Below, one piece after another: positions 13,134 through 26,387 of a stretch of 64,000 bases of DNA. Position 1 is the first letter of the stretch, and every line of letters begins with the position of its first letter. The DNA is from Marsupella aquatica (lineage: Eukaryota > Plantae > Marchantiophyta). The DNA lies in contig OZ316897.1 in the NCBI GenBank assembly GCA_973895155.1, positions 4,620,211 to 4,684,210 on the forward strand, written 5' to 3'. The translations under genes were made by a program, and so were the position numbers. The notes below the pieces were generated by a model. The model was given only the letters and a program-made list of their open reading frames with translations. It did not search any database and was not told the origin of the DNA.

Positions 13134-14063
13134 TCAGTCGGATCGCGCGGCGAAGCGCTCCACCTTTTTATCGCTCAAATTGATACCAACCATCGCTTCG
13201 CCGAGGTTCGAGCTAACTTCCGCCAACACGTGAGGGTCGTTGTAGTGCGTGACGGCCTGAACGATCGCGCGAGCACGCCTCACGGGATCTCCACTCTTGA
13301 AGACGCCGGAACCGACGAAAACACCATCGCAACCGAGTTGCATCATCAGCGCGGCGTCGGCCGGAGTGGCGACGCCTCCAGCGGCAAAGTTCACCACTGG
13401 CAACCTCCCGAGCTGCTTTGTTTGCCTCACTAGCTCGTAAGGGGCCGCAATCTGCTTCGCGAAGGTGAAAACTTCTTCATCATCCAGCGCTTGCAACCGT
13501 CTGATATCCCCCAGCACGGTCCTCACATGTCGCACGGCTTCTACGACGTTACCCGTCCCGGCTTCCCCCTTCGTCCTAATCATGGCCGACCCCTCAGCAA
13601 TCCTCCTGAGAGCCTCTCCTAAGTTTCGGCAGCCACAGACAAACGGGATGTGGAAATTGTGCTTGTTGATATGGTTCTGGTCGTCTGCAGGCGTGAGAAC
13701 TTCACTCTCGTCAATGAAATCTACACCGATGGCCTCCAAGATTTGCGCTTCAACGAAATGACCTATCCTCGCCTTCGCCATAACCGGAATCGTGACCGCA
13801 TTCTTGATCTCCTTGATCATGCCCGGGTCGCTCATTCGAGCCACTCCACCTTCCGCTCTAATGTCAGCCGGCACTCTCTCCAACGCCATTACCGCAACAG
13901 CGCCCGCCTCCTCTGCAATTCGCGCCTGCTCCGCATTAACGACATCCATTATCACTCCCCCGCGCAGCATCTGCGCCAATCCAACCTTCACGGCATACGT
14001 CGACTTCTTACTGTCCGACAACGAGCCATTTCCGTAAACCGCCACCACTCCATTGTTCGCCAT
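13134..14063 (-). CDS. PDX1: Pyridoxal 5'-phosphate synthase subunit PDX1 (SNZ/PdxS family), intronless, 309 aa
   Basis: ATG at 14063 ([13 protein letters not shown]...). Hallmark motifs [75 protein letters not shown]. The ORF-track start at 14654 is GTG, with no in-frame Met before 14063. Confidence 0.97.
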   Translation of the reverse strand: MANNGVVAVYGNGSLSDSKKSTYAVKVGLAQMLRGGVIMDVVNAEQARIAEEAGAVAVMALERVPADIRAEGGVARMSDPGMIKEIKNAVTIPVMAKARIGHFVEAQILEAIGVDFIDESEVLTPADDQNHINKHNFHIPFVCGCRNLGEALRRIAEGSAMIRTKGEAGTGNVVEAVRHVRTVLGDIRRLQALDDEEVFTFAKQIAAPYELVRQTKQLGRLPVVNFAAGGVATPADAALMMQLGCDGVFVGSGVFKSGDPVRRARAIVQAVTHYNDPHVLAEVSSNLGEAMVGINLSDKKVERFAARSD

Positions 14064-14742
14064 CGTTCCTCCTCCGATTCCCGGCTCAGAAACAGCAATA
14101 ACAATCTCTGAATCCCTTCCACTCGCCTTCACTTCCCTTCCCTTCCTTTCCTTCCCGCACACAAAACCGATGTGCAAAAAGTTTCGATGTGTGTTCGTCT
14201 TATAATCGACTCCGCTGCAAATTTGCCTTTTCCGTTGAAGTTCGGCCCCAGCAGAGCAAGCGGAAGATAAAGAGGCAAAGAGGAACAACAGCAGCAGCTG
14301 TGCACCATCTCCACGGATTGACAAGCACAGATTTACACGCAGAGAGGGCCACCACCCCACTTGTGCAGCAACTTTTCGCAGGCACGAATGAACGACGAAC
14401 AACACCAACAACGACGACGACAACAAAGTCTTCACCACAGCAATCTCGTATGGCGCTGCTGGCAGATACACCTCCGCGAGCGCAAATTCAACACCACCTC
14501 TCAGTCCGAAATCCGAATCCTTCCGCCCGAAGAGCAAACGCGATGCCCCCTCGAGAGCCTTGCAAATTCTATCTCCAGCCAATAAAAATCTGCCACCACT
14601 TGTGGTCTCCACCCCGCCGTCGACTGATTGCCGCCGTGACAAAGAAGAGGCCACTGAACTACCACAGACCTGGGTTGGAGTCTCTGGCGAGATTCGAGCT
14701 CGAGAACTATCTATCCGTTCGTCTACTACTTACTAATAAGGG

Positions 14743-14905
14743 ACTATGTCATCAGAGTCTCTCCACTACTTATTACCGAGTGGTAACCTGGTTCGCGATT
14801 TTAAACGCAAAAAGTATAATAAGGCACTACTATGTCATCAAACTCTCTCCAATTATTACCCCAGTGGTAACCTGGTTTCGATTTTGAACTCAAAAAGTAT
14901 AGGAT
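14743..14905. repeat. ~85-bp imperfect tandem duplication upstream of PDX1
   Basis: actatgtcatca...ctctcca...ttattacc.agtggtaacctggtt...aaaaagtata occurs twice. Confidence 0.75.
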
Positions 14906-15007
14906 AATGCGTATAGGATAATGCACGTTTGGTCAGGGTTACTAGCATGTAACCTTATGACTAGAAAGTGAAAAAAAAGCCTGACCTGTGGCAAGAGCAG
15001 CAAATGT

Positions 15008-15420
15008 TTTTTGAGCTTTCTTGGAGCAGGGTTCAGGTTACAACCCTTGCCTAGATATCTACAACTATAATAAGGGATCTAGCATTTTCTTGACCTTGGT
15101 CCCAGTACAAAAAAGCTATTGGGCGGGAAAGATCCACAGCCGTTGGATTTGTTTGGTTTATTTTTCTGATCATTGATGGAAGAAATGGGCACCCCTGGCA
15201 TATAGTGCTTCCCCACGCTACCCACAAATGCCCTGGCCTGACTCCCTATGTAAATTTCGTCAAGAAAGCAGGTTACCACCATGTAAACATTTCTGGAGGC
15301 CCTTGCTATTCCCATAATCTATTGTCTAGAAGTAACTTTTTTCCTGACAGAAATTACATACTATAATGCAAGTCTGGTCTAGGGTTCTAGCCTGAACCCT
15401 GCTCCAAGAAAGCTCAAAAA
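15008..15420. mobile_element. Fold-back/MITE-like element
   Basis: Perfect 30-bp inverted repeat tttttgagctttcttggagcagggttcagg (15008-15037) / cctgaaccctgctccaagaaagctcaaaaa (15391-15420). It extends imperfectly inwards and outwards (about 14942-15472). No clear TSD. Confidence 0.65.
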
Positions 15421-15794
15421 TCTTCCTGGTGCCTAACAAAAGTCATGCTATTTCTACATGGTTCCATGCTATACTAATCCCAAGATATACTTAGCAGACC
15501 TCCTTGAGAGACTTTTTCCCTTGATAAACCAAAAGATGTAGATGAATCCAAATGTTTCATATTCTCTTCCAATGGACCTCCCAGCCCACTCAGTACAACT
15601 ATGTTCTTGTGAAGGGCTCTACCACACAGTTCAGGTCTACCCGGGGGTCTACCTGGCTTGTAATCCAATATCACTATGGCTGGCCCTATGTGGTAATGGA
15701 AAAGGGTAACAGTATAGTGCAGGGAGCACGTAAGCGTCGTAACCCCTAGCTGCAATGAAGAGGCAAGCTCCGTAGTGCCCTGGCCTTTCAAATT

Positions 15795-16110
15795 GGTTGG
15801 ATAGATTGTGGCTATTTTATTCAAACTGCAAAGGAAGGAGTTTATGACCGCATTGGAGCACTCAAGCACTACAACACCCCGGCTCCCAGTTTGTTTGAAT
15901 ACATTATGGCTATTATATTCAAAGTACAAAGGAGGAGTCTACAGCTGCATTGCAACATGCAAGTGTCATTGTGGCCCTCATTGTTGCCTGGCCTCCTAGT
16001 TTGTTTGTATACATTGTATCTATTGTATTCAAAGTACAAAGGACAAAGTTTACGGCCACATTGGAGCACACAAGAGTCATAGCGCCCCCAGCCTCCCTGC
16101 TTTTATGCAT
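15795..16110. repeat. ~100-110-bp diverged tandem repeat, 3 copies
   Basis: The anchor attcaaa.t.caaagga...cattg.a.ca..caag recurs at about 15820, 15917 and 16027. Confidence 0.75.
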
Positions 16111-18997
16111 ACAATGTGAATATTGTATACACATTACAAAAGAATTTTGAAATTCAATTGTGAAACCTATTGAGAACCTGTCTTGTTCCTCATTGTGTTC
16201 AGGTTCATTTCATCAAAGTTTTCTTGTGTTGACTGATTTCAGTTGATGATATGCATCTATCCATTTTGATTTACACACCTAAGTTTAGCTTTTGCCATAA
16301 ACTTGTAATACACTTCTAACAACATGTAAACATTGTGGTCAATGTATACAAGTTTGAACTGCGATGCACTCTTTCTTGTTGCCGCCGCATGGTGAACAGT
16401 TGATTCAACGTGCACTTGTTGTTGACTGCATTCGGAAAGGCGGTCAGACACCCAACACTGGTAAAAAATCCTGCATTGTACAATGAAGTTCTCATGTGAT
16501 ATGGACTGAAAATTTCATTGTAAGAACTTTTGACACTAAATAGTAACTCTGGTGGGCTTGGAGATCCACTAGAAGAGAAAATTCATCTTTTGGTCAATCA
16601 AGAGAAAAAGTTTTGTCCGGAGGTCCAGTAAGTATATTTCTCTACACCAATCCAACGGCTGTATTCTTCCAAACCATCGATATATGTACTTAGTGTGGAT
16701 TTATAAAGGTTCTCAGGTCTCCCTACCCTAATGTTATGCTCATGCCTCCATTTGGTGTTTCTTTGTGTTCGAGAGACGGTTACAGATGGATCTTGTCTTG
16801 GGATCTTGTGTTTGTGATACTGGTTGATTGTATGGGCATTTTGTGTTTTGCCACTTTTTGAGGGTTTCCTAAGGTTTTGCAAGTGGCAGAGGAGATGTTA
16901 TCATTTTTTTTTAAGCGTGAGATGGAGGGACATTTGTTTGATGTTGATTCAGCACTTGGAGTTTATCACAATTGTCATTTAGCAGAGCGCAGTCTTAATA
17001 ACCCTTCTAGATTGTCGATGTGCATCTGGGTGAAATATAAGTGGTTGGTCTAATTTAGAGATGTCTATGAGCTCCATAGAATGATGTTCAGCTAGCCCCA
17101 TTTGCATCTCTTCTATCCCATAAATGCTTGCATGCATGATTAGTAGCTTCATTGAAGTGTCCTTTCTAGGTATTCTAGGTACATTTCAGTCTACAAGCTT
17201 TCTCCTTCAAGTACAAAATAATTCTTCCTCACTATAGACTTTATTAGATGTACTGTCTATAGATGTTATTAGATTACATAAATCATTTGATTCATTTACT
17301 TTGAGAACAAGGATCCTCAAAGGAGCCCAAGAAGAGCCAATAGTAACTACACAAATATGAATGATGGAAATGGAAATGTAAGAGTGTCACGGTCCCTCGG
17401 GTTGCATGAGTCATGATAGGCTCCCTAGCTACATGGGGGCATCACACTTTAATAATAAATTTCTCCAGAATCCATTACTTTAAACCAGTATCTTTACTGA
17501 TAAATCAGTATTTTACATCAAAATGTTTGGAGTACTAAAGGTTTTCCCAAGTTTCACAAACATTTCAAGTAACGTTTTTTCTCGGGGACTTGAAATGATG
17601 CTCCCGTTTGATTTATGTATTGATTTGTTAACTGTTTTTTTATTTTCAAAACAGTGAGTGCCCCAAGAAACCCTGCGGCGAGGACCAGCAGGGGCCAGAG
17701 GGGGGCAAGGGGAAAACCCAGGAGCAAAGCAAAAGGACACCGGCGAAGGCCGCAGCAACACCGGGGCCCAAGAAAGCAAAGCCCCTGGCCCCTAGTTCAA
17801 GACTTTTGGGCGGGAATGAGTCTTAGTCAACCATCTGATAATGGCCAGAAAATTAATCCACCTACAATCCTACATCCAGTGCACAAAGTGGCAGTCCCAC
17901 TAGATGGGCCTCCAGTGAGAGAGAGAATGTCTCTATAATGAGCCAAAAAAACCTAGTATTTCAAATTGCTATGATGAGAATGATCCCACCTGGTATGCCG
18001 GTTCCTGCACCTAATAGACAGAAGTTGCTTAAGTTTGTGATCGTTCTTAGGTTGCTTAAGTTTGTGATCGGAGCAAAAGGTACTGCCACTGCAAACTTGC
18101 CAACCCCTGCCCAGCCAAGGGGAGGTGGGGCAGACCTTACAAATCCTACATATCACACATATCCTAGTTTGTGTCTGCATGCTTGTTGGTTAATGCTTGT
18201 TGGTTAACATGTTGTTGTGCTGGTAAGTGGCTCTAGTGACCATGGTAGCACATCCATCTCGGGCCTTAGTGATACCAGATTTATGTTTGAGAGTCTTTGT
18301 CTGCTGAAGACGAATGTCAGCATGCAGCATAGCGCTATTGAGCATGAGATGCAAACTAAGGAAATCTAGTAGAAGGGGCATTGAAAAATTTGGGACATCT
18401 TTCAAGACAAAGAGTATTAAGCAATTCAACCAACAATAGCATTTGCCCTGGATTTTCTTCCGTGGTTACAAATGACAGCTTCATCAAAAACAATACCGTG
18501 GGCAACATGTTCAAGGAGTCCCCACCTTTGACGAATCATCGCCCAGTCTCTAAAATTGTGATCAGAATTCTCCAATTGATGTAGTACAACCGGGAGTACA
18601 ACTACAATTGGGATAAAGACTGTTGGTGAGGGCCCACTTTAAAGTGCGAGAATTAGTGAAAAATCCCACGTGTAATATTTTCCCAATAACAAGCCTGGTT
18701 TTGGGTGCACTCCAGCTTCTCCACAAGTGTTTCTATCTCTGGTGCCACATCGCAGTGGTGTCAAGAAGGTGCCATCTGCGGTTGAGATTCAGAATTGGCT
18801 TATTCCAGTCTTTATTCATGCTGGCCCAAATATGTGTGAGGAGATTCCAGCCAATGCTCACATTAAGGATATTCTGTTAGGATTTACTCTTAGGTCTAGA
18901 GTTACAAATGTACCATAGTTAAGGCTAACCTTAGTCGCAGACTTGGTTAGGTTAGTCATGCTGTGCACACTCTATAACCAAGCGATGTTTTCTTGGA

Positions 18998-19325
18998 GAG
19001 TGGGAACTCAGGCTCATTGTTACGGAGCTAGTTGAGAGATAGAGAGAGCTTGCGCTGTGGATGCTTGGTATGGCCGGTTGGCCTAGAGTGCAGTAAAGCT
19101 CATGTGTGTTCCCGTGGACATAGCCTCATGTGGAGGTGAACCACGTATCTCTGTGTGTCGACTCTTGTGCATTGGATGGTTCATGGGCTTGCCGTTGCGA
19201 TTGTTGTCTATGCTCAACATATTCAACAGAGCAAGGCCTGGTTGTCCTAAGGTTACCTCGCATCTCAACCATAGTCTTCCACTAGCTGGCCAGCTTGTCC
19301 ATTCTGATCAATATGCATGTCGAGT
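18998..19325. repeat. Dispersed repeat family B, copy 1 (others at about 37100-37340, 38052-38240, 53930-54335, and a partial at 58660-58710)
   Basis: Shared ordered motifs gagtggga.ct.a.gctcattgtta, gagataggga, ctagagtgca.taaa, gtgtgttcc..tgga, ggtgaacc.cg.atc, cattggatg. Confidence 0.7.
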
Positions 19326-20693
19326 AAAAATGGTGTTGCACAAAAATGTTTGTCATTTTGAAAATGTTATTATTATGGTTCAAATCTTGCCTTGGGGTCC
19401 ATGTTGTCAATGCAAAAGATAATCAAAACAAAAGGAAAGAAATGCAGGTGGCCAGGGCAAAGGTCTGATGAACAGGGAACATTTTTTTTAATAGGGGGCA
19501 AGGGAGTAAGACATTAAATGACTGAAAGTGGGGCCACTTTTGCCCTTGGGCCTGCTGATTTCCCTCCTCGTGGGGTTCAAGCAGAATAAATGAAAACTTA
19601 TAAAAAAACATGAAATGAATACAACAACTAGAAATGCCAAGAAAATGCTCCAACCAATTGGATGGTGGGCTAACCCAATGCAAAGTGAGAGGAGGTGGAT
19701 GATTAGCCCCAGCGAGATGAAGTTCACCCCCATCCTTCCAAAATGAACACAACATGGGAGAGGCCAGAATCAACAAAGAGTGACCAACCTTAAACACCGT
19801 ATTTGTTAGATGGAACAAGTTTAGGCCTTTACAAAAAAAACTACCTCCCCAAGAACACAACCCCCTCACCCCTCTAAAAAACAATTATGAGCTGCCCCTT
19901 TTATTGGAGAAAATTTTGCTATGTGTGCTTCCTTTAATAAATTAGAAGATGTCACGTAATTAGGAAGAAAAAGGAGAGAAAAAATTCATGGGTTCCTTTT
20001 ATTTGTTGAGGAGTTTCAACATGTGTCCTTTATTCCTCTAAAAAAATTATAACATGTTCAAAGGAAAGAATAAGAAGGAAAGGAAAAAATATGGGTAATT
20101 TTAGTATTGTTGTTCAGATTTTCACCATGAGTCCTTTGGAATTTTAAAAGATGTCAAACCAAAAAAACAGAGTTGAGGAATAGGCGCAAGCAGGGTGCAA
20201 GGATTGTACTTGTAGCACATTGATCGAGATAGAACATTCCCAAAGGGTAGGGCCAGGAAAGTAGTTACTTGTACCTAGGTAAGGTACTTTTTTTGCCATG
20301 GAAAGCGAGTGTGTACTCCAGGATCTGTACTCGTCTATCTTACGGCTCTCTAGATCTGCTCTCGTGCAATCACAGAAAGAGGGTGGATAAAGGGCTCTAT
20401 TTTATGATCCAACTGTCAGAATAAACCGTCAAATGATCACAAGGCTATGGATGACTCCCACCCAAATGTTTTTTTGTAAGCAGACCACTGTAAAACAAAA
20501 ACAACGGGTTTGATGTTAAACTAGATAAGAGCTAGTGTTTTTTCAGGTTTCCTCCTTCCCCTACTGGAGTTGCCTTGCAAGTGAAAAACTAATAATTATT
20601 TTAATACTCCTAATGATAAAGTTATAACCACCAAAATGTGGGTAGCTACTCTGTCCAACATGGAGGACCATCAGGGCTTCACTTTCCACGGGC

Positions 20694-23600
20694 TTAAATG
20701 TTCGCCTCATGTAAAGCTAAGATTTCTGAGTGATTCGATGAGGTTGCTGTTAGGGTCTGGTTCACGCTTTTCCAGGAAAAAGCGGTACCCCCAATAGTAA
20801 AAACATATCCGGTTTGGGATTTTGCGGTGTCAGTGTCGGAAAGATATCCGGCATCCGCGTATCCTATGAGTTCGTGGTTTGCACCGAATGGGTAAAATAA
20901 CCCTATATCGGTGGTGCCACGCAGATATCTAAATACGTGTTTAACTCCATTCCAGTGTCTGGTTGTGGGAGTTGCACTATGTCTGGCTAGTAAGTTAACT
21001 GCAAATGCAATGTCTGGTCTGGTCTGATTTGCTAGGTACATTAATGCTCCTATTGCAGAAAGGTATGGTGTTTCTGGTCCTAATAGTGGTTCATGTTCTT
21101 CGCGCCTGCGAAAAACATCAGTACTATTTTCTAATGAACGTACAACCATTGGTGACGTCAATGGGTGTGCTAGGTTCATATTGAACTGTTTTAGGATCTT
21201 TTCGGTTTGTGTGGTCTGATGGAGCATTATGCCAGTGGGTAGGATCTCTAGTTGTAAGCCTAAGCAAAAATTTGTATGTCCAAGGTCTTTCATCTCAAAT
21301 GTGGATTTAAGACTGGTAATAGTATCTTCTGTAAGTTGGGGTGTCCCAAATATATTTAAGTCATCAACGTAAATAGAAACGATGACATATTCATCATCCA
21401 CATGTTTAATAAATAAACATGGTGTAATGGCATCATGGGAAAAACCCATGGTAATCATTTCATCAGTAAATCTTTGATACCATACTCTGCCACTTTGTTT
21501 CAGGCCATATAATGCCTTCAACACGCGGATAGCTAGTCCACGGCGAGTATTCCGTACGGTTGACACAGCGGTGTCGTTATTATGAGTTACATGTGTAGAT
21601 GACACATGAGGTATAACTTGAGATAATTGTGCGATAATCTTATGTAAATATGGAATATGCAATTTAGCGCCTTGAGCTAAAGCTCGGCGACATTGCTCCA
21701 ACTCTGGAGGTGATCGCATGTATAGACAAGTGTCTAAAGTGCCATATAGATATGCAGTTGCAACATCCAATTGTCGCATCTGTAGTTGATGAAAATGGCA
21801 AATCCGATAAGATATCGGAATGTTGTGCTATCCATAACCGGTGAGTAAGTTTCATCGTAATGAATTCCCGGTTGTTGGGTAAATCCTTTCCCTACCAGAC
21901 GTGCTTTGTAGCGTACAACTTGGCCTTTATCATTTCTTTTGCGGACGAATGTCCACTTGTAGTCAATGAGGTGTACGTCTTGCGGTGTTGGCTCGACTGG
22001 GCCAAAAGTGTGTCTGTTGAGTAGGGAATCTAATTCTCCATTTATAGCTTTTTGCCATTCTGGCCAATCTGATCTGTTTTGGCATTCTAAGATGGATATT
22101 GGTTCTGGTGTTTCGTCTGTGATATGTGTTGCAACCATTAATGCAAAAGCATCATCTATTGAAGTAGTATTTCTATCCCACATTGCACCTGTGTGTGCGT
22201 AGTGGATAGAGATCTCTTCATGGGATGTAGATTCGGTATGATCGACATCAAGGGAAGGTGGTATAGATGAACCACGCCTTTGTGGTTGTTTATCTTTTGA
22301 TCCCAAGGGTCTACCTCGTTTTGCACGAGGTTGGGATGTACTTGCTGGCTCACTTGATAATTCGATGCGAGCAGATGCTCTCGCAGCTGGAATATGTGAG
22401 CGAGTAAGTTATGATGTGTCAACGAAAGCGTCAGGAAGTTCTTCCACAATCTTGTGGAGTTGCAGAATTCTTTGAACTTCTTTCTCCCCTTGATTCGTTC
22501 TAAGGTCTTGCCAAAATGGCGAGTGTCTTTCCCACTCCAAAGGTGGTTGTGGGTGTTTAGGGGTTATTAATGGTGGATAAATGTGTTCATCAAAATGACA
22601 ATCTAGAAATCTGGCTTTAAAAACGTCGGCAGTTGTAGGCTCTATATATCGGATTATGGACGGTGAGTCGAATCCAATGTATATCCCCAACTGTCGTTGG
22701 GGTCCCATCTTGGTTCGTTTGGGTGGAGTAATGGGGACCATTACCTGACATCCAAATGAACGAAGATGTGATAGGTCAGGTTTGATACCGTTAGCAATTT
22801 GGTATGGGCTATAGGTATTAAAAGCCGATGGGCGGTATTGGATGAATGCATTAGCCTGTAATATGGCGTGTCCCCATGCTGAGGCGGGAAGTCTTGACTG
22901 CATTAGTAATGGGCGTGCAATTAGCTTAAGTCGTTTAATGACCGCTTCAGCTAATCCATTCTGGAAATGCACGTGTGGTACAGGATATTGTACGTTGATG
23001 CCAAGGGATGTGCAAAAGTTGTCAAATGTTTCCGATGTGAATTCCCCTGCATTGTCCACCCTAAGTGTCTTAATGGGGTGATCTGGGAATTGTGCTTTCA
23101 CGCGCAGGATTTGCGCCAAGATACGAGGCATAACCATGTTTCTCGTTGAAAGTAGTGTCACATTTGACCATTTGGTTGATGCATCGATTAATACCATGAA
23201 GTAGCGGAAGGGTCCGCTCGGTGGGTTGATTGGCCCGCAAACATCGGCGTGGATTATTTCCAAGAATTTGGGTATTTTGGTTGGCAATTTTGATGCCGTG
23301 GGCCTTGTTATTAATTTGCCGCGTGAGCATGCAGTGCATGGGGTGCTAGCTGGAATGTGGCATGTATTGATTGGAATGCCACTTGAATTCTTAATTATTT
23401 TGCTTAGCATTGATTGGCCGGGGTGGCCGAGGCATGCATGCCAAAGCGCGGGCAATTCACTTGTGTTGGCATTGTTATGCAGGCATTCAATATGAGTTAC
23501 ATAAAACCCGCAGGGGTACGAGAAAAGGGTTTCTTTAATGATATTCCCCGTAGGGGTATTTTCAACCAAGTGTATCACTTCCTGATCTCTGGTATCGCCC

Positions 23601-24976
23601 GTCTGGACATGTAGTCCGTTCGCTCGTATATCTCTAAAACTGAGGAGATTACGGGTTGCGTTCGGGGCAAAAATAGCAGATTCTATGTGGATAGCTGTAC
23701 CCTGCGGGAGTCTAATGGAAGCTGGGCCAAAGCCCTCTTCTATTTGGCTAGGGCCATTGATTGTGGTTAGGGATCGACGTGAGGGTGTAATCTTGTGAAA
23801 AAGGTGTCGATCCCAGAGGATAGTGTGCGTGGTTGCACTATCTATAATACATGTGCTATGACTATTTAGGTCTGGGGTTGTGGAACTTCTTGCCACTAAG
23901 TGTGCCTCGGGTTGGGCAGGTAGATCTGAAAAGTCTTGGAATGGGTCGCTGGACTCCATAAACGCCCCGTGGGTTTCACGGGGTGGTGCCCTAGAGGTTT
24001 GTCCGTCCCTGAGGGATCGTTGATATAGCTCTTTAAGGTGTTGCGGGATTCTACAATTTTTGGCTAGGTGGTTGGTCATGCCACATGCATGGCATTTTGG
24101 GCGTTCCCATTGTGGTCGGGATTGTGACCAATCGTTTCGGCGGTTATTGTTATATGTTCTTCCACCGCCGTGTCCGCCGCGTCCTCCGCGTCCTCCACGT
24201 CCACTGAAGGACCGTCTATAATTGTGTTGTGGGCGTTGGTTAAAGAAACTCCCCCTGTTGGGGTTGTTTCTATGGTTGCCATTCCTACTACGCTTAATGC
24301 CCTGCCTTGATGTGGAGGGTTCAGCGGTGTCGGTAAGATGTGATTCACTTTGTGATCCTGGGGCCAATGTGCCCGCAGGACGTTTTCTAGAGTTAACTAA
24401 GAGGAGTTCTTGGTTTCTTTCGGTGACTAGGAGGTGGGCTATGAGCTCAGAGTATTGCCCGAACTTCATGTTTTGATACTGAGTTGATAGCCACACATTC
24501 GATGAATGAAATGTTGACAAGGTCTTCTCTAGTAGATCCTTGTCTGTGACCGGCTCGCCACATAGTGCGAGGGTTGATGTTATTCTAAAGAGTTCGCTAT
24601 TGTAGGCTGAAATAGAGGTAAAGTCCTGGACCCGCAGGTTGAGCCAGTCTTGCCTGGCTCTAGGTAATTCAACCAGTTTCTGCTGGTCGAATCAGGTCTG
24701 GAGCGCTATCCATAGTTCGCGAGGAGTCGAAAGGTGCATGTATTGTCTCTGTAGGAATCTATGGATGTGGCGTCTCAGGAATACTAGGGCTTTCGATTCG
24801 TTGGCTTTAGTTAATGGGTCTGGTTGTGGTTCACCGGCAAGGATGGGTTGAGCGAGCCCTATTGCAGGGAGTAGGGTTAGCGAGTTTAGGTTTTCTTTTA
24901 GGTTCATGGACCATTCTAGGTAGTTGCCGCCATCTATTTCTAGGGCTGGAAAGTTAAGTTTCTCTAGGTTGGTCAT
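20694..24976 (-). pseudogene. gag-pol polyprotein of the copia element with two in-frame stops and one frameshift
   Basis: ORFs 24976-24692, 24520-22409 and 22306-21734 share one frame (stops at 24692-24694 and 22409-22411). The frame shifts near 21790 into ORF 21779-20694. Confidence 0.92.
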
Positions 24977-25154
24977 TGGGGTGGTGGCTCGATTCCTTTT
25001 AGTGGTAATTTAGGCTTATTTACTAGTAGGTATAGTAGGAAATGACAAAGCACATTTCTGCGGTATGCAAGGTGGGGCTGGGTGGAGAGAGCATGCAAAT
25101 CCGAAATTCAATTTTAGGGTTTGCACTTAGGATTTAGGTTTTCCTTGGTATTTG

Positions 25155-25420
25155 GTTAACTGCAAAGTTTCCTTTGTATTTGCTATTTCTTTTGTTAAAC
25201 TGTGTAGTAATGAAGTTTTGCAGTCTGTGCAGTTATGGGTGATTCTTTACTCGTACCCTGGTTAATTGCACTTTCGGCTTTGTAAAGTTAATTTTCTTTG
25301 TTACGGGATGTAGTTATGGAGGTTTTGCGGTTATGTGCGCTTATTTGGTTAAGTGCAACTTTTCCTTTGTAATTGAAATTTCTTTGATGGATTTTGCAGT
25401 TAGAGAGGTTTTGCACTTAG
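25155..25420. repeat. Three diverged ~90-105-bp repeats in the retroelement leader just upstream of gag
   Basis: gttaa.tgca...tttc..tttgta...tttctttg...gtagt.atg.aggttttgc at about 25155, 25261 and 25348. Confidence 0.65.
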
Positions 25421-26387
25421 CAGCGGTTCTCGAGGTTTTCTCGACGTTTTGACAATTTTGTTGCGAGATTTGTCGAGGTGCCGTCTTGCTTCCGGGGCTC
25501 CTTCGATCACGATTTCATATCCTCTCTCGAGCAATGTCTTCTTGAGGTTCTCCAATCAACCCCGGTTGCTCCTTTGCTTCTCTTTGTCGATAGTTTCTTC
25601 CAGATTCTCAAGGTACCGATTCTCGCTGTGACTTTCCTGAGCGCTTTCCTCGCCTTATTTCTATACAAGCTCCATGGGACTGCCTTTTTGATGGTCAGAG
25701 GATCAAATGGTAGGGCTGCGTCTTCCTTCGCCTGTGTCACAACGCTATCCTGAATTCGTCTTCCTTTAAATCCAACCATTTCCTGGAATCTCCATAGCCC
25801 CTCTCAAGTTTCTTTGCCTCTTCCTTGTTCTGCTATATTGTCCTTACGAGTTCAAGTCTCAATGTCCCTGTGGCATTTCTTTGAAATTTCGGTGCTGCTT
25901 GTCTTTTCCTTTTTCGGCTCTTACAGATCTTCGATCCTAGTCTCTCAATTCTTATTTCCTCATGATTCCTGGATTCGCCTTGCTACTAATCGTTCTCATT
26001 CAATCCTGCCTACTCTTTTTGTTTTCTATTGGTTCTTCTCGATTCACTGCGCTCAGTCTGATCGTTAATCTTATACAATCCCGTTCACCATAGCAATTCA
26101 ATTTTCTGCGCTCGGTGCGCCGCTGTTATCTTTTGGCATATCCTTATGAATGTTGTTTTTGTTTCTCTGCCCTTGGCTCTCTGCTTCTCAACCTCTCGCG
26201 CTCCTCTTATCACTTTTCGGGTCTGTTTCCTTCATTCGTCATCGGGCATTCATCTCCCCTATCCTCTCCTTTAAGCCTTATCGATCTGTTTCCTTATGAG
26301 TCTCGATTCTTGCTTCTCTTAATTTCTTGCGCTCCGCTGGCTCCTCGAAAAAAAAATCTTAGCCTCCTTACTCAGCCACGGTGAGTC

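Noticed and set aside
13134-14654. 506-aa PDX1 as given by the ORF track
   Set aside because: The start is GTG and family homology begins at Met 14063. The extension is kept only as a hypothesis under findings.
13101-14887. Plus-strand ORFs antisense to PDX1 (110, 153 and 232 aa)
   Set aside because: Shadow ORFs of a GC-rich coding/leader region, with no recognisable domains.
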